A stretch of 64,000 nt of DNA from the human T2T-CHM13v2.0 reference genome, Homo sapiens: the NCBI RefSeq assembly GCF_009914755.1, contig NC_060933.1; one strand, 5' to 3'. A program made the position numbers and the translations under genes. Under the pieces are notes generated by a model. It was not told where the DNA came from, searched no databases, and saw only the letters and a program-made list of their open reading frames with translations. This document shows positions 13,005-26,386 of the stretch, piece after piece (within the stretch, counting starts at the first letter, position 1; each line of letters opens with the position of its first letter).

Positions 13005-14889
13005 TTAATATATTATTTTAAATGGACAAATTATAATTGTATACATTTATGGGGTAGAGTATGATGTTTTGGTATTTGTATAGAATATGGAATTATTGAA
13101 CCAAGCTAATTAACATATCCACCTCACTAACATCATTTTTTGTGTGTGTGATGAGAGCTTTGAAGTTTACACACTTAGCTGTTGTGAAATATATACTACA
13201 TTATTATTGAATATAGTCACCTTGCTTTTCAATAAACCTCAAAAATGTATCTCTACTGTCTAACTAAAACTTTGCATCCTTTTACTATACTCTCCGGTCT
13301 CCCTGCTGCCTCTTGTAACCACCATTCTACTCTCTACTTCTATGAGTTCAAGGTTTTCAGATTCTGCAAATAAGTAAGATCATATAGTCTTTGTCTTTCT
13401 GTGCCTGGCTTACTTCACTTAGTATAATGTCCTCTAGGTTAATTCATGTTGTTGCAAATGACAGGATTTCCTTCTTTTTTTTTTTTTTTTTTTTTTGGAG
13501 ACAGAGTCTTGCTCTGTCACCTAGGCTGGAGGGCAGTGGTGTGATCTCGGCTCACTGTGCAAGCTCTGCCCCCCCGGGTTCATGCCATTCTCCTGCCTCA
13601 GCCTCCCGAGTAGCTAGGACTACAGGCACTCCCCACCACACCCGGCTAATTTTTTCATATTTTTAGTAGAGACGGGGTTTCACTGTGTTAGCCAGGATGG
13701 TCTCGATCTCCTGACTTCATGATCTGCCCACCTTGGCCTCCCAAAGTGCTGGGATTACAGGCGTGAGCCACTGCGCCTGGCCAGGATTTCCTTTGTTTTG
13801 TGACTGAATAGTATTTTATTGTGTATATATGTCACATTTTCTTTATCCACTTACCTATTGATGGACACTTAGGTTGATGCCATATCATGACTGTTGTGAA
13901 TAATGCTGTGGTGAACATGGGAGTGCGGATATCTCTTCAACATATTGATTTGAAATCCTTTGGATATGTACCTAGACAGAGGATTGCTGGAGCATATGGT
14001 AGTTCTATTTTTAGTTTTTTGAGAAACCTCCTTACCACATTCCACAATGGCTGTACTAATTTGCATTCCCATCAATATTGTACAAGGGTTTTCTTTTCTC
14101 CATATCCTTGCCAACACTTTTGTCTTTTTAATAGTAGTTGTTCTAATAGGTGTGAGGTAATATCTTATTGTGGTTTTAATTTACATTTGCCTAACGATTA
14201 GTGATTTGAGTATTTTTTCATGAATTGTTTTCCATTTTTATATCTTCTTTTGAGAAATATCATTCAGTTCTTTTGTCCGTTTTATAATTGGGTTATTTGT
14301 TTTCTTGCTATGAGTAGTTTGAGTTTCTTATATATTTTGGATATTACCTCCTCATCAGATGTATGGTTTGCAAATACTTGCTCCTCTTCTGTGGATAGTC
14401 TCCTCACTTTGTTGTTTCCCTTGCTGCACAGAAGCTTTTTAGTTTGATGTAATCTGTTCTGCCTATTTTTGCTTTTGTTGCCTGTGCTTTTGGGATCATA
14501 TTTAAAAAATCAGTGCCTGGACCAGTGTTGTAGAGCTCTTTAACTTATGTTTTCTTTTAGTCGTTTTAAAGTTTCAGGTCTTACATTTAAGTATTTAATC
14601 CATTTGCATTTATTTTTGTATATAGTGTGAGATAAGGATCCAGTTTCATACTCCTGCATGTGGCTATTCAGTTTCCCAGTACCATGTATTGAAGAGACTG
14701 TCTCTCTCTCATTGTATGCTCTTGGCACCTTTGTTGAAATTCAACAGACAATAAACACATGGATTTATTCCTGGGCTCTCTATCCTGTTACACTGGTCTT
14801 TGTATCTGTTTTTACGCCTGTACCATTCTGTGTTGATAACAATAGCTTTATAATATCTTTTGAAATCAAGGAATGTGATGCTTCCACCT
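13005..14889 (-). mobile_element. L1MA-family LINE, 5'-truncated
   Basis: L1MA 3' UTR (aagctaattaacatatcc) and ORF2 C-terminal remnants (ORFs 13869-14117, 14540-14728). Confidence 0.9.
13475..13782 (-). mobile_element. AluY
   Basis: Y diagnostics (gcaagctc, gccattctcc, gttagccaggatgg); TSD aggatttcctt. Confidence 0.95.
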
Positions 14890-15809
14890 GAAAACATTAT
14901 CTTGAAGGTTGCAAACAAGACAAAGTTGCCTCTGTCACCACTTCTGTTCAATTGTACTGACATTCCCAAACGATGTGTAATACAAGAGAAAGAAATTATA
15001 CATATGCAAGCCTTAGAAAGGAGGAAACAAAACTATAATTCACAGATGATATGTATAACTAGGGTTGATTAGAAAACCATAATGAATCTTTAAAGAAATG
15101 ACTGGAAATACTAGCAGAGTTTGACAATGTTGTTGGATATAAAAATCAATATAATAAAATCAATCACATTTCTATATACCAACTACAATTGAAAACTAGT
15201 TTAGAAAGATAGCATTTACCACAGAATAAAAAAAAAATTTAAAAACTAGAGTTTTGCTTCCAGTAATGGCTGACTACAATATTCCAGACCAATCTTTATA
15301 GAAAAGCTGGATAACATACAGAAGGTTGTTGGAAGATGCAGAGAGAATTTTCAGGATCAAGGCCTGGAATAAGAGGGAAGCTACAAGAGAAGTGAGTTTA
15401 GCATTTGGAGGTTGCTTTTCATCTTGAGGTAAATGCAGATTCTGAAATCAAAAGCAATGACTGAGAGATCCAGAAGCTGGCCAGAGCTTTCAGCACTCTA
15501 ACAGGACTGGAGTGACAAAAGGAGTAGGTCAAGGCCCATTAAGAAGGAGGTGCTCTGATAAACACCCCAGGCTTTCAGTTGGAACCCTAAAGGATTATAT
15601 GCTAGGAGTAAGAGTGAACCTGAGCAAGTCAAATCCTCACAGGACTAGAGCCCAAAACAGCCTAATTTTTATTGGATTAAGGTGATTTGCTCCCACCCTA
15701 ACTGTCTGAAGAATAACAACATCATTCAGAGTAGCATATTGCTTCTATAATTTGTCCTACGAAATGTCTGGTATGCTATCAAAAATAATTGGGTATACAA
15801 AAATATAAG

Positions 15810-16184
15810 TGTATTAGCCCATTCTTACACTGCTAATAAAGACGTACTTGAGACTGGGTAATTTATAAAGGAAAGAGATTTAATTGACTCACAGCTCAGC
15901 ATGGCTGAAAAGGCCTCAGGAAAATTACAATCATGGCAGAAGAGGAAGCAAACACGTCCTTCTTCACATGGTGGCAGGAAGGAGAAGAATGAGAACTGAG
16001 CAAAGGGGAAAGCTCCTTATGAAACCATCAGATCTCATGAAAACTTACTATCACGAGAATAGCACGGGGAAAACCACCCCCATGATTTAATTACCTCCCA
16101 CCAGGTCTCTCCCATAACACATGGGGATTATGGGAACTACAATTCAAAATGAGATTTGGGTGGGGACGCAGCTGAACCATATCA
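15810..16184 (-). mobile_element. THE1 (THE1C/D-like) MaLR solo LTR
   Basis: tgtattag ... accatatca termini; TSD ataag/ctaag. Confidence 0.92.
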
Positions 16185-18049
16185 CTAAGACCTAATCAAA
16201 AAACAAGAGAAAAAAGATACAATACAAACATACTGAACAGAGAGATTCAGTTATTAGAGTTAACAGATATAGAGTTTAAAATAACTGAGATCAGCATATT
16301 AAAAGAGCTAAAATAAAATATGGAAGACATTGGCGAAGAATAGGAAAAAAGAGCCGAATGGAAATTCTAAAATGGACAAATGCAATACTAAATTTAACAA
16401 CCAATGGAAGGATTTAACGAGTATACACAGCAGATGAGAGAATGAGTAAACTGGAAGATAGATCAGAATACAATATCTCTACTGAAGCATGAAATGATAA
16501 AGGATGGACATGGGCAACTATAGAAAGAGCATAAGAGGCATATGAGGCAGAGTGAAAACGACTAACAAAAGTTGGTGAGGGAGAATGTGGCAGAAGCCGT
16601 ATTTGGAGAAGTAACAGCTGAGAATTTTCTAAAATAGATGAAAGGCCTCAAGCCACAGGTTCAAGAATTGCCATAATCCCCAAACAGAAAAAATGAGAAA
16701 AAAACCATATCTGGGTACATTTTCTTATTTCTTTGATTCCAGTATTTCTTTCAGCTCAGCTGTCAGTCTTGCTATTGCTCCTATGAAGGTACTACATTTT
16801 TTTCCCTCTGACTTGCCCTACCCAGTAGGTATATTGGCATACGGGTAGGAAATAGACCACATAAATAGAATAGAGAGATCATAAATGGACCCATGAATAC
16901 ATGGAATTTATTATGATTATTTGGCAAAGTGAAAGCAAAAGTATATGTTTTTAATAAATCATGTGGAGACAATTGGTTACCCATTTAGAAAATAAATGAA
17001 ATTTGACTCCTACTTCACATAATATTTAACAATTAATTTCAGGTACATCAAAGACCCTAATGTGAAAAAGGCAAGACTATAAAATTAATATGAGAGAATT
17101 ATTGTGATATTATGCTAGAGAAGGACACAAGACACAAAATAATAACCCATGAAGGGACATATTGATGAAATTAGTTTACAATTTCAATTTCTATTCCTTA
17201 AATTACATCAAATTAAGAATTTACTTTCATTAAAAGACACCATACATTGAGTGAATATATTATCCAGAAGATACAAATTCCTACTAATCAATAAGAAAAA
17301 AAGCAACATTATAGAAAAATGGGCAAATGAATTAAAGAGAAATTTGAAAGGATCAATTTCACATGAAGAATGAGTCAATGGTCAATTTCATTACTAGTCA
17401 GGGAAATGCAAATTGAAACCTACTATTTTATACTCAACTCTTTGACAATACCAAGTCGTAACTAGGACCTGCAGATACAGAAATTCTCGTCCACTGCTCT
17501 TGGGTGTAGAAACTGGTATACCATTTTGGAAATGACTTTGGCAGCACTGAATTATGAGCATACCCTGTGACCTACCAATTCCATGACAGGATATCTACTA
17601 TAGAGGGAATCTTGCATGTGAGACACAGATATTCATAATGACACTTTAAAATTATGAACAAAATATGTAACATATATATTTATATAGTTGTTCATCAATA
17701 GAAAGATGTATACTCATATGCTGGAATACTATACAGCCATAAATATGAAACATTCTTTATGTGCATCAACAGGGACCAATTTCACAAACATAATATTGAA
17801 TACAAAAAGCAAGTCACTAAAAAGAACATATTGCTATAATTCCATAATTTTAAAGTTCTAATATAGACAGTTAAATTACATGTTGTTTAGGGATACGTGC
17901 ACAGATGGTAAACACTATGAATTATCAGAATTCAATATAGTGGTTACCTGTAAAGAAGAGGAATGGGTTGCAGTCAGTGAGGTATAAGTGGCTTCTGGGG
18001 TATGGTAATATGTGATTTCTTGGAATGGATGATGGGTGTCCATTTTAAG

Positions 18050-18757
18050 AAATATTGCAGCAACTTTTCTCCTTTGTGTGGGGCTGGATGGTATTGCTCA
18101 GTGAACCTGTAATCACCGACATCCTAGCAAAGGGTGTGCATCTGAGCAAGCTAACTTAGTTGAGCCAAATTTAGCTAAGTCTCCAATTGTGATTTTCCTT
18201 TGGTTGCACTTCTCTTAAAATGATCAACTCACATTCATTTGAAAACACACCTAACTCGTGACATTCAAGTTATTTGTGACCAAATTGCTGAAATATGACT
18301 TGGGTATTGCTACTTGTTTCATGAAATCTTTGGAGACTATTTGGAACACTCTTTAAAGTTGTTCTTCTTTTGCCACGCCCAATAAATTCTGACAGATTTG
18401 GGATGATTCAGTTTTTCTAAGCTGAAGGCCCCCATCCAAGGTCAAATTATGGTTTTTGCTCCATTTGGATTCCATGAATGTCATGGTTTCACCCTTCTGC
18501 ACTGCATATTGTTTTATATCAGTTCTCCTGAGCTCAAGGGAACACCCTTCAGTTCAGCTGCAGGAGCCCAGGGAAGCTCCTATCCAGAGGTTTGGAAAGC
18601 TCTCTCTGAAAGACGAGCTTGGTGTCACACAGTGTCTGTGAAAGCACAGTGGCTTTCAGTTCAAAGGTGACCTTTCCCTCTCCTCCTAAGATCATCTGCT
18701 GTTTGTACAGGCTACCGGTTCTTCCTCTAATCGTTTGGCGTAAATTAGGGTGAAGAC
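18050..18757 (-). pseudogene. Large coding-like relic segment with an internal frameshift
   Basis: acaccctccag|GT; 69 open codons GLHPNLRQTIRGRTGSLYKQQMILGGEGKVTFELK..., then a second frame KQYAVQKGETMTFMESKWSKNHNLTLDGGLQLRKTESSQICQNLLGVAKEEQL. Confidence 0.5.
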
Positions 18758-19229
18758 CTGGAGGGTGTGTGTGTTTGTGATGGGGTGTGGGAGACTTGAG
18801 TTTTCATGAAGACTGTTTTATTTATTGTTTGTTTACCCCTGCTTAATCCCCTGTGATTTGTAATCCTCCCAATGAACCTTTCCCCAGTTTCCTAAAATAT
18901 AGTGGATTTTAGCATTTCTCTCCTTCCTAGTGTTTTGGTGCTAGTATATACTTTGAACAAATTATATCCACCTAAAAAATCAGGGGAGGAGAGGAGGCTG
19001 CAGGCAGATCCCTTGGGTGAGGGCAGGAGTGAGTAGTGGGAGGAGAGAAGGATTGTTTGTGTTTTCTAAAGAGAGGTGCAAATGCTGCTTCTGAAATCTT
19101 TGGTGGATAACCCTTGCTTATTTCCTTCTGAAAATTTTGTGAATTACTGTGTTGTCCTTTATTATGCTAGTAGCAGTAGTGGCCGCTCAGGTTTCTAATA
19201 AGGAGGAGACATTGCCTCGTGGCCTTATG

Positions 19230-19398
19230 AATTTCTGGAGGTGAAAGAATGTAAACTTATGGCCCCATGTCCCCACCTCAGACCTTATTATGGCCCGACA
19301 GCTGGGAAAAGCATAGGAAGCAATTAAAACACCCTGTATTAGTCACAAAGGAGATCCCAGCCCCAGCCAACAGTGAAAGGAGCTGATCTGCAAAAGAG

Positions 19399-19447
<49 letters not shown>

Positions 19448-20640
19448 CAGAGGAGAGTGAGCCAGAACAGTTAAAAATGGAGAGATCCTACCCAAGTACT
19501 TTCCCAATTAACTTCAGCACCTGTCTGGTTGGAAATTGTTTGTAAACGCATTAATTGAAAGGGGCATGTGTGTGTTTGGTTGGGGTGGGGGAGCAGTAAT
19601 TCAACAATCCAGAAACCCAGAGAAGAAGAGGGAGGAGGAGTGGAGCTGAGCAGGGACCACTGGAAAACCATCATCCCAGAGGGGGCCCTGGTGCCTCCTC
19701 TCTCTCCTGCTGAAGGGGCTTCTTTGCTGGGACCTCTGGAGGGCAGAGAGCCTGTGATAGCTAAATCACTGGATGCCCAGGGAAGAGGCTTGTTTTTGCT
19801 TGGCCTGCTTCTGTTTTATAGCCTGATGGATTTTGGCTCTCTCTTTTCCTCTTCAGAGGCCTACAATCCGCACCAAATGTTTCACATTACTCAGTGTGAA
19901 AAACCTCCTATTCTTTCAGATTTTTTACAAGTTCATACATCCTTGGAAACCCGATATTCCATATTTCATTCTGCTTTGTGGATGTCATTGTGAAGGATGC
20001 GGGTTCACATGCAACAGGCCTCTTCTGTCTTTGATCAGTTTGACCGCAACTAATTGTAAATGGAGAACAAATGAAAGAAATATTTACAAATTTCATGGGA
20101 ATTCAGGCGGGGTCTAAGCCTTTCCTAATGCCTCAATTCACTGTAAATGTTTATTGAATACTTTGACTCTACTGTGCACCTCAATATTTATATAGTATTA
20201 GTTTCTAGCTTGTTCCAAGGGGATCCAAAGAATTAGTAAAGTGACCTTCCCCTTCTCTGCTTTACCCCCTTCCCCTCCTGCAAACTTCCTTTGTTTCGCA
20301 TCTCAAAATCTGTTGCTGCCTAAAGAAAACCAACTCAAATTCCAAAGCTACAGCTCTAAGAAGGAGAAGGAGAAAACGGGGTGGGGAGGAGGTGTTAACA
20401 AAGAGACCGGAAAATTTAAAACAAATTTTGAGTTGCATAGTCAAGTCGGGAAAAATCAAATGAAAATGTTAAAGATTTGTTCAAAATAAAGTCATAAATG
20501 CCTGGAGCCAAGTTAAACAGCTGTTGGGTCAGGCAGGCTAAAGCCTGAGAGGCAGCACCAACTAAGAGCTGAATATTATGCAATTAATCAGCACTTGCCT
20601 GGTTATAAACAAACATGTGTAACCCTGTCGGAAGATTTTA
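19230..20640. promoter_or_regulatory. Putative conserved non-coding / enhancer-like block
   Basis: TE-free; dense TAAT/ATTA, TGTTTA/TAAACA, ACAAAG and CAGCTG motifs. Conservation not checkable here. Confidence 0.35.
19402..19452. repeat. (GA)n-(GACAGA)n compound microsatellite
   Basis: Directly visible. Confidence 0.95.
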
Positions 20641-20829
20641 AATGGAGGCCTTGCCTTTCCTAAGCACACTTTTCCAGAAGAATTTCTGTTTACTCAGGAA
20701 GCAAGCTACCTTCATGGCTTCTCCCTGGAGGTTTTGGAGAGGAGATGCTCTAAGGCTGGGAAAGGGTCAACTGCCTCCCTCCAGCTCCCATGCCTCGTGG
20801 CATATGCTGGAAGCCCCGTCAGACATTAC

Positions 20830-21390
20830 CTTCTTCCCACTGCTGTCATGAGCTGCCTGCACTTCCAGGGCAGCTTGGACAGATGACGGGCCAGATGCTG
20901 AAGGGAGGAAAGGAGGTGACCTCTGTCCAGAGAGTCCTTTTGCTATCACCTTCTTGGATGCCCAGTGTGTCTGGGGTCTGCCAACGTCGTCATAATAAAT
21001 GCTCTAACAACTGCTCTTTTAATGAGGAACATTTCACATCTGTGTCTGCTGTACCCTGGGCCTGTTCCACCCCAGGAGTCGTAAAAGTTGGGCTAGATTC
21101 TGTCATCTGTGGAGGCTGGCTTAACCTGCCATTCTTCATCTTTCCACTCAGATATGAAAGGCAAGATTCAAGGATCACACCAACTAGAGGGTGAGTGACC
21201 CCAAACAACCCCGAATGTTTGATGATACAGGGGCATGTGGCAGAGGGCAGTTGGAAGTGGCTTAGGATAGATGGCTGGAAACAGAGTGGCAAGCAGCTGA
21301 ACAGAGGAATGGGACTTTGGAGAAGGAAGTCAATGCCAAAGCTGATACAAAACGAGCATGACATCCTAAAGGAGGGTTTGGAGTATTTTA
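20830..21390 (-). pseudogene. Exon-like relic segment, 561 nt (phase 1-1)
   Basis: tttgtaccag|TA ... GAAG|gtaatg; 187 codons with only two TGA; includes ORF 20990-21418. Confidence 0.5.
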
Positions 21391-21904
21391 CTGGTACAAA
21401 TTTCTTTATAAAATCCAATTTTAACTTTTACTCTTTGAGGAGACATTGATTTCACTGACATCAAGAAAGCCTTTTTTTCTGAGCACAAAAATTTGAAATC
21501 AAAGTTATTGGCTTTTAAAATCAAGGCTTTCTGTGTGTTTTGGTTTCATGGCATTGAGAACATTCTTATTCATAAACATCAGTAGCTTCAAAAACGAAAG
21601 GTTTCAACATTTCACTTTGCGGTGTTGATTCTTTTTAAACTGATCTAGAACCTTGAAGGAGGATTATGCAATATTTTTGTTTCAGAATTCAACTGTTGAC
21701 ATTTCCTAACATAATTATAAAAGTCAGAGAAGCATCCCAAAATTATAAATGGCAAAACTATCTATATAAATACAACATCATAATAAAACATGTAAAATGT
21801 TTATATGTATAACTAAGATGCATTGAAAATGTGGCTGACATTTAATTAAGCACAACATATGCATTCTATGTTAAGAATGTCCTTATTTGCCTAGTTTTAT
21901 ATGA

Positions 21905-22219
<315 letters not shown>

Positions 22220-22429
22220 GTTCTGATTTTTTTTTAAAGGAGATGTCTGGTCATACACAGTCTACTCAAAGGCCTGTTTACAAAAATTCCTGTATTATTT
22301 CATAAGCTATAATGTGTGATATATGTGGACATTCAGATACTTTTGTCAGCGTATCAAACTGTTGGGGATGACTTTTTTTCCAGTGATGGGTGTCAGGATA
22401 AAATGACAAATTCAAGATTTTATTTATTT

Positions 22430-23065
22430 ATTCCTGTGGTCTTTTCTGCCACAGACCCAGACTTCCAAATCCAGGGAAGGGAAGGAAAAAGATCTGGCAC
22501 AGAAAGAAATTATCCCAACACTTCTAGATCTCTTCTGTGGGGAGAATCTCTCTCTCTCTCTGACACTGTCAGAGAACAGCACCCCACGTAGACAACCTTG
22601 ATCTTTCACTTCCCAGCCAATACCGTCTTCTGGGAGCATTCTTCTCCTCATCCTAGGCTCTCAGTGGTGGAAATTTTAGGCTGCCCTCTTGAAGACCTTG
22701 CTTTCTCTCTCAAGATTTTAGGAGGACATGGCATCATGTTAAGCTTCTTCCAGGCTGAATGAAGGAGTGCCATGCACCACTCTGCCCCTGGTTTCACTAT
22801 GGTCCTTGATAGATTAGTATTGAACAAGACTGAATGGCCATCAATAGATCAGTAACTGCAGTTGTGTTAAACATCTAGAAATCAGTCCCTGAAAATCCCA
22901 CATCCGGCTAGACTGGTCCTGAGTGATGTCCGTTTCACGCTCCTTCCAATTCTCTTCTTTTACCACTGGGGCTGCCACTTCTCGTCCCCAGGAGTCCTGT
23001 TTTTTCTTAGATGCCCTCTTCCCATCAAAACATCCTCTTACAGCCCTGTTTACCAGTAAATGTAA
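22430..23065 (-). pseudogene. Large coding-like relic segment
   Basis: ttattcgtatccag|TTA; 74 open codons (DGKRASKKKQDSWGREVAAPVVKEENWKERETDITQDQSSRMWDFQG); same frame as ORF 22424-22651. Confidence 0.5.
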
Positions 23066-23274
23066 CTGGATACGAATAACAAACTTTTCATTTTGAAAGA
23101 AAACTTGCAGTAGGGAAAATGGACCGAACCGGAGTGGTGGGATAGTGCCACAGATCAGGGCAGCTTGGAAGAGACCTGACTGACCATGTGCAAGCAGTGT
23201 GTCCCACAGGTGGTCATTTAGTGGGGGACGCGGGTCTTGTGAGTAAGGAAGTGCTCTGTAGATTCAAGGAGCAG

Positions 23275-23530
23275 GAGGGCATGGTGCTTAACAACTTCAA
23301 TTTTGGAATCAGACAGCCAGGTCAAATCCTGTCTTTGTTACTTATTACCTGTGTGATGGGTGAGTTTCCCCAACTGCTGTCTGCTTTGGATTTCTTATCT
23401 ATGAAACTGGGCTAAGGATAGCGCCTACCGCATAGCTTTGATTTGAGAAGTGAATGAGTTAATACACAAAGAATATTTTGAATGGCACCTAGCACATAAT
23501 AAATGGTACATCATTTTTAGCTGTTTTTAT
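23275..23530 (+). mobile_element. MIR SINE, near full length
   Basis: tggaatcagacagccaggtcaaatcc ... cacctagcacataataaatg. Confidence 0.85.
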
Positions 23531-23799
23531 TGTTTCAGGAGGCAGGAGGCATTTTCTTTATCAAAGCATTCATTAAATTCCTACTGCCATTTTAGCAAAA
23601 GGAATGTTTATTGAAGTTAGATTTCTTTACTTTGTTAAAGAGATCCCCTACTTTAGGACCTTTCCTGGATTAACAATCCTATTAATTTACATTTAGCACT
23701 CAGGGATTATTGGTATATAAATGTTTTAGTTATTTCTTTTGAATTTTAATCCAATGCTATATTTATTTTTAATCATACATGTATTTTAAGTATGAATTT

Positions 23800-24470
23800 T
23801 CCTCCTTAAGAACTGAGGGGCAGGGGGCGGAAATCCACCTGCAATGCATTTGCAGAAGAATGCTCAATTAGAAAGATCTTCAAACTTGCCCTAGCAGCAC
23901 AAGTATCCTTAGATCAGTTTTCTTCAATGTGCCTCAACCAAGAAAATGACCTTTTCCTTAATTACCTATTCTAAAGGTGGTGATCAAAATTTTTAAGTGG
24001 TCAGATATCAAATGTATTGTTCCGAAACAAAATGAGAGGCTTTGTTAGTCAGTGTTAATTAATGGAAGCAGAAAGAGGAGAATGTGGAGCAGTGTTATTT
24101 ATCTTTCCTATTAAGAACTTGTCTGGAATTTCATAAATGAGGTACAGAAGACACTTATTCTACTTGTAATTTGAGCTATGAAATTTGTCCTATGTCTAAT
24201 GCAACCAGCATTTAAAAAAAACACAATTAAAAGAAAGAAAAAGAAAGCTAGCAGCTTGCAAACGGTGCCTCTTTGCACGAAAGGACCACATTTCAGAATG
24301 TGGTTTATGGGACTCCGCCTGTATTAAGCTGACCAAAATGGGGGTGACCCATAGACAATAGATTTCTTTATTGTATTGTTTTGACACAGAACAAGTGACA
24401 TTCCTCAGGCCCCTTTTCATGTTACAGTCTGCCACAAAATACGTTTGTACTCCTTTTACCTGCAGAACTG
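23800..24470. promoter_or_regulatory. Putative conserved non-coding / enhancer-like block
   Basis: TE-free, retained CpGs, TTTATGG, ACAATAG/ATTGT, TGACA and TAATTA motifs. Confidence 0.3.
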
Positions 24471-25447
24471 GGTTATATCAACCCCATCACTTTTAGGCTT
24501 ATCTGATGACAAATGAAAATTGATACTGGTGGGGAGGCTAATGACAACTTGGTTACCAGACAACCATTCACCTCTGTTTCAAAGTTCTTTGAGCTGTTTC
24601 AGTGTAAAACTGGAAAAATGTTTATGAGCAACAATAAACTCACATTTCCATAAATATATTTATACAAGAAAAATGGGAAACCATGGACAAATGTGTTCTT
24701 TATATAATATATAATATGTATTAATGCAAAGATTAGACATTATATTATGATTATGTGTACATACAGATTTCTTGTGTACCCCTGTTTATATGTTCTAATA
24801 TGACTTTATCTGTGTATGTTGATGTGGATATAGGTATGTGTGTAGTCAAAGCATTTTTTGAAACACTCTGGAAATAATGCATATGTTGCTATAGAATGAA
24901 CAAAGTGCCTAAACCATTGATTGTGTGAATGCTGCTCATATAATATGTAGGTTCTATGTGCTTCTATGTATCAGAATGGCTGGAAAAGGGAGGAGTTCTT
25001 AGAATATCTTCTATAATACTCCTAGTGACATCATGATTTCATTGTTTTGGAATATAGCATGAAATAGATTTGTACCTTTTTCCCCCCTTGAGCACTGAGA
25101 AAATTATATGTTCTACCAAATAGTAAGGAAATAAGGATCTGTTGAAAACAATCTATTTTAAATATTTTATGAATGATTACACAAGCATTATATAAATATG
25201 CAGTAATTACATATGCTAATACATACATTTGATATATCTAAGTTTTCAACTGCAAATATTTTCTAGCATGCTTTTCTATAGTTACATTTACTCTGTATGG
25301 AAATTGTATCTTAGCTTTAGCCTTGGATAAATTTCAAAGAATCACAGATCACTGCAAATGGCTCCAGATGCCACTGAATACAGAGATGGAAACCTGGCAG
25401 CCAGCATGCCAGAATTTGCCTGCAATGTATATATTTTTGGGCATTCA

Positions 25448-25504
25448 GTGTGTATGTGTGTGTGTGCGTGTGTGTGTGTGTGTGTGCGCGTGTGTGTGTG
25501 TGTG
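25448..25504. repeat. (TG)n microsatellite
   Basis: Directly visible. Confidence 0.97.
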
Positions 25505-25624
25505 CTGAACAGCTTTATTGAGGGGTAACTGACACAATAAACTGCACATACACCATACAGTTTGATATGTTTCAATAAAGGTAAACACCTGTGACATCCA
25601 TTATTTGGATAAAGGTATACACAA

Positions 25625-25989
25625 TGTTAAATTGTTTATCCTAAAGCTGCTTCCTTACGTATTTTAAGTTTGGCCTAAAGGTTTCTGTGTACATAGTGAA
25701 CTGTAACCTACCTAGATACGGAAATAGACTATAACCTACTCCTGTACCAATCACGGAGTTTTGGCCAAAGGTGGCCAACTATTCAAACCATGTTCAAATA
25801 AGGCAAATGCTGAGCTGTAACCAATCGGGCTGTTAACATGCCTCCCTTTTAGTTTCTGTCCATAAATCCTCTCTGTCCACACTGACAGTGCCAGAGTTAT
25901 TCTGAACCTATTCTGGTTATGGGGGCTACTCAATTCTTTGCTCAGTTAAACTCTGTTAAATTAAATTGTCTGAAGCTTTTCTTTTAACA
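25625..25989 (+). mobile_element. MER57 (ERV1) solo LTR
   Basis: tgttaaatt ... cctaaagctgc ... gttcaaataaggcaaatgctgagctgtaaccaatc ... cttttaaca. Confidence 0.88.
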
Positions 25990-26386
25990 GTGGGTAAAAA
26001 CATCATCACAATCAAGATAATTAACATATTCAGCACCATCAAAGTTTCCTTATGCCCCTTTGCAATCTCCTTTCCTGTTCCAGCCCCTCCAGGCAACTGC
26101 TCATCTAATTTCTGTCATTATAGATTTGTTTGCATTTTCTAGACTTTTCTGTGAATGGAATCATAAAATACGTGTTTTTTTCTCTCTGCCTTCTTTCATT
26201 CAGCATAATTATTTTGAGAGTCCCTCCACAGTCATAGTAATTAAAAAGGTTTCTTCCTATGTTTACTTCCAGAAGTTGTATTATTTAGGTTTTATAATAC
26301 ATTAAAGTCTCTATCTATTTTAAGTTAATTTTTGAACAGTTGTCTGAGGTATTGACAGAAGTTCATTTTTTTCATGTGAATAACAA

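Larger units (their letters stand above)
12940..18050 (+). mobile_element. Old L1M (L1MC/ME-type) fragments hosting nested insertions
   Basis: Degenerate ORF2 motifs at 12960-13000 resume at 14890 (caaacaagacaaagttgcctctgtcaccacttctgttcaa). ORF1-like 16185-16720; 3' region 16830-18050. Confidence 0.75.

Noticed and set aside
19568-19993. 141-aa plus-strand ORF
   Set aside because: GTG start in purine/pyrimidine-skewed non-coding sequence; no splice or homology support.
25323-25575. CVCV/THTH ORFs
   Set aside because: Translation of the (TG)n microsatellite.
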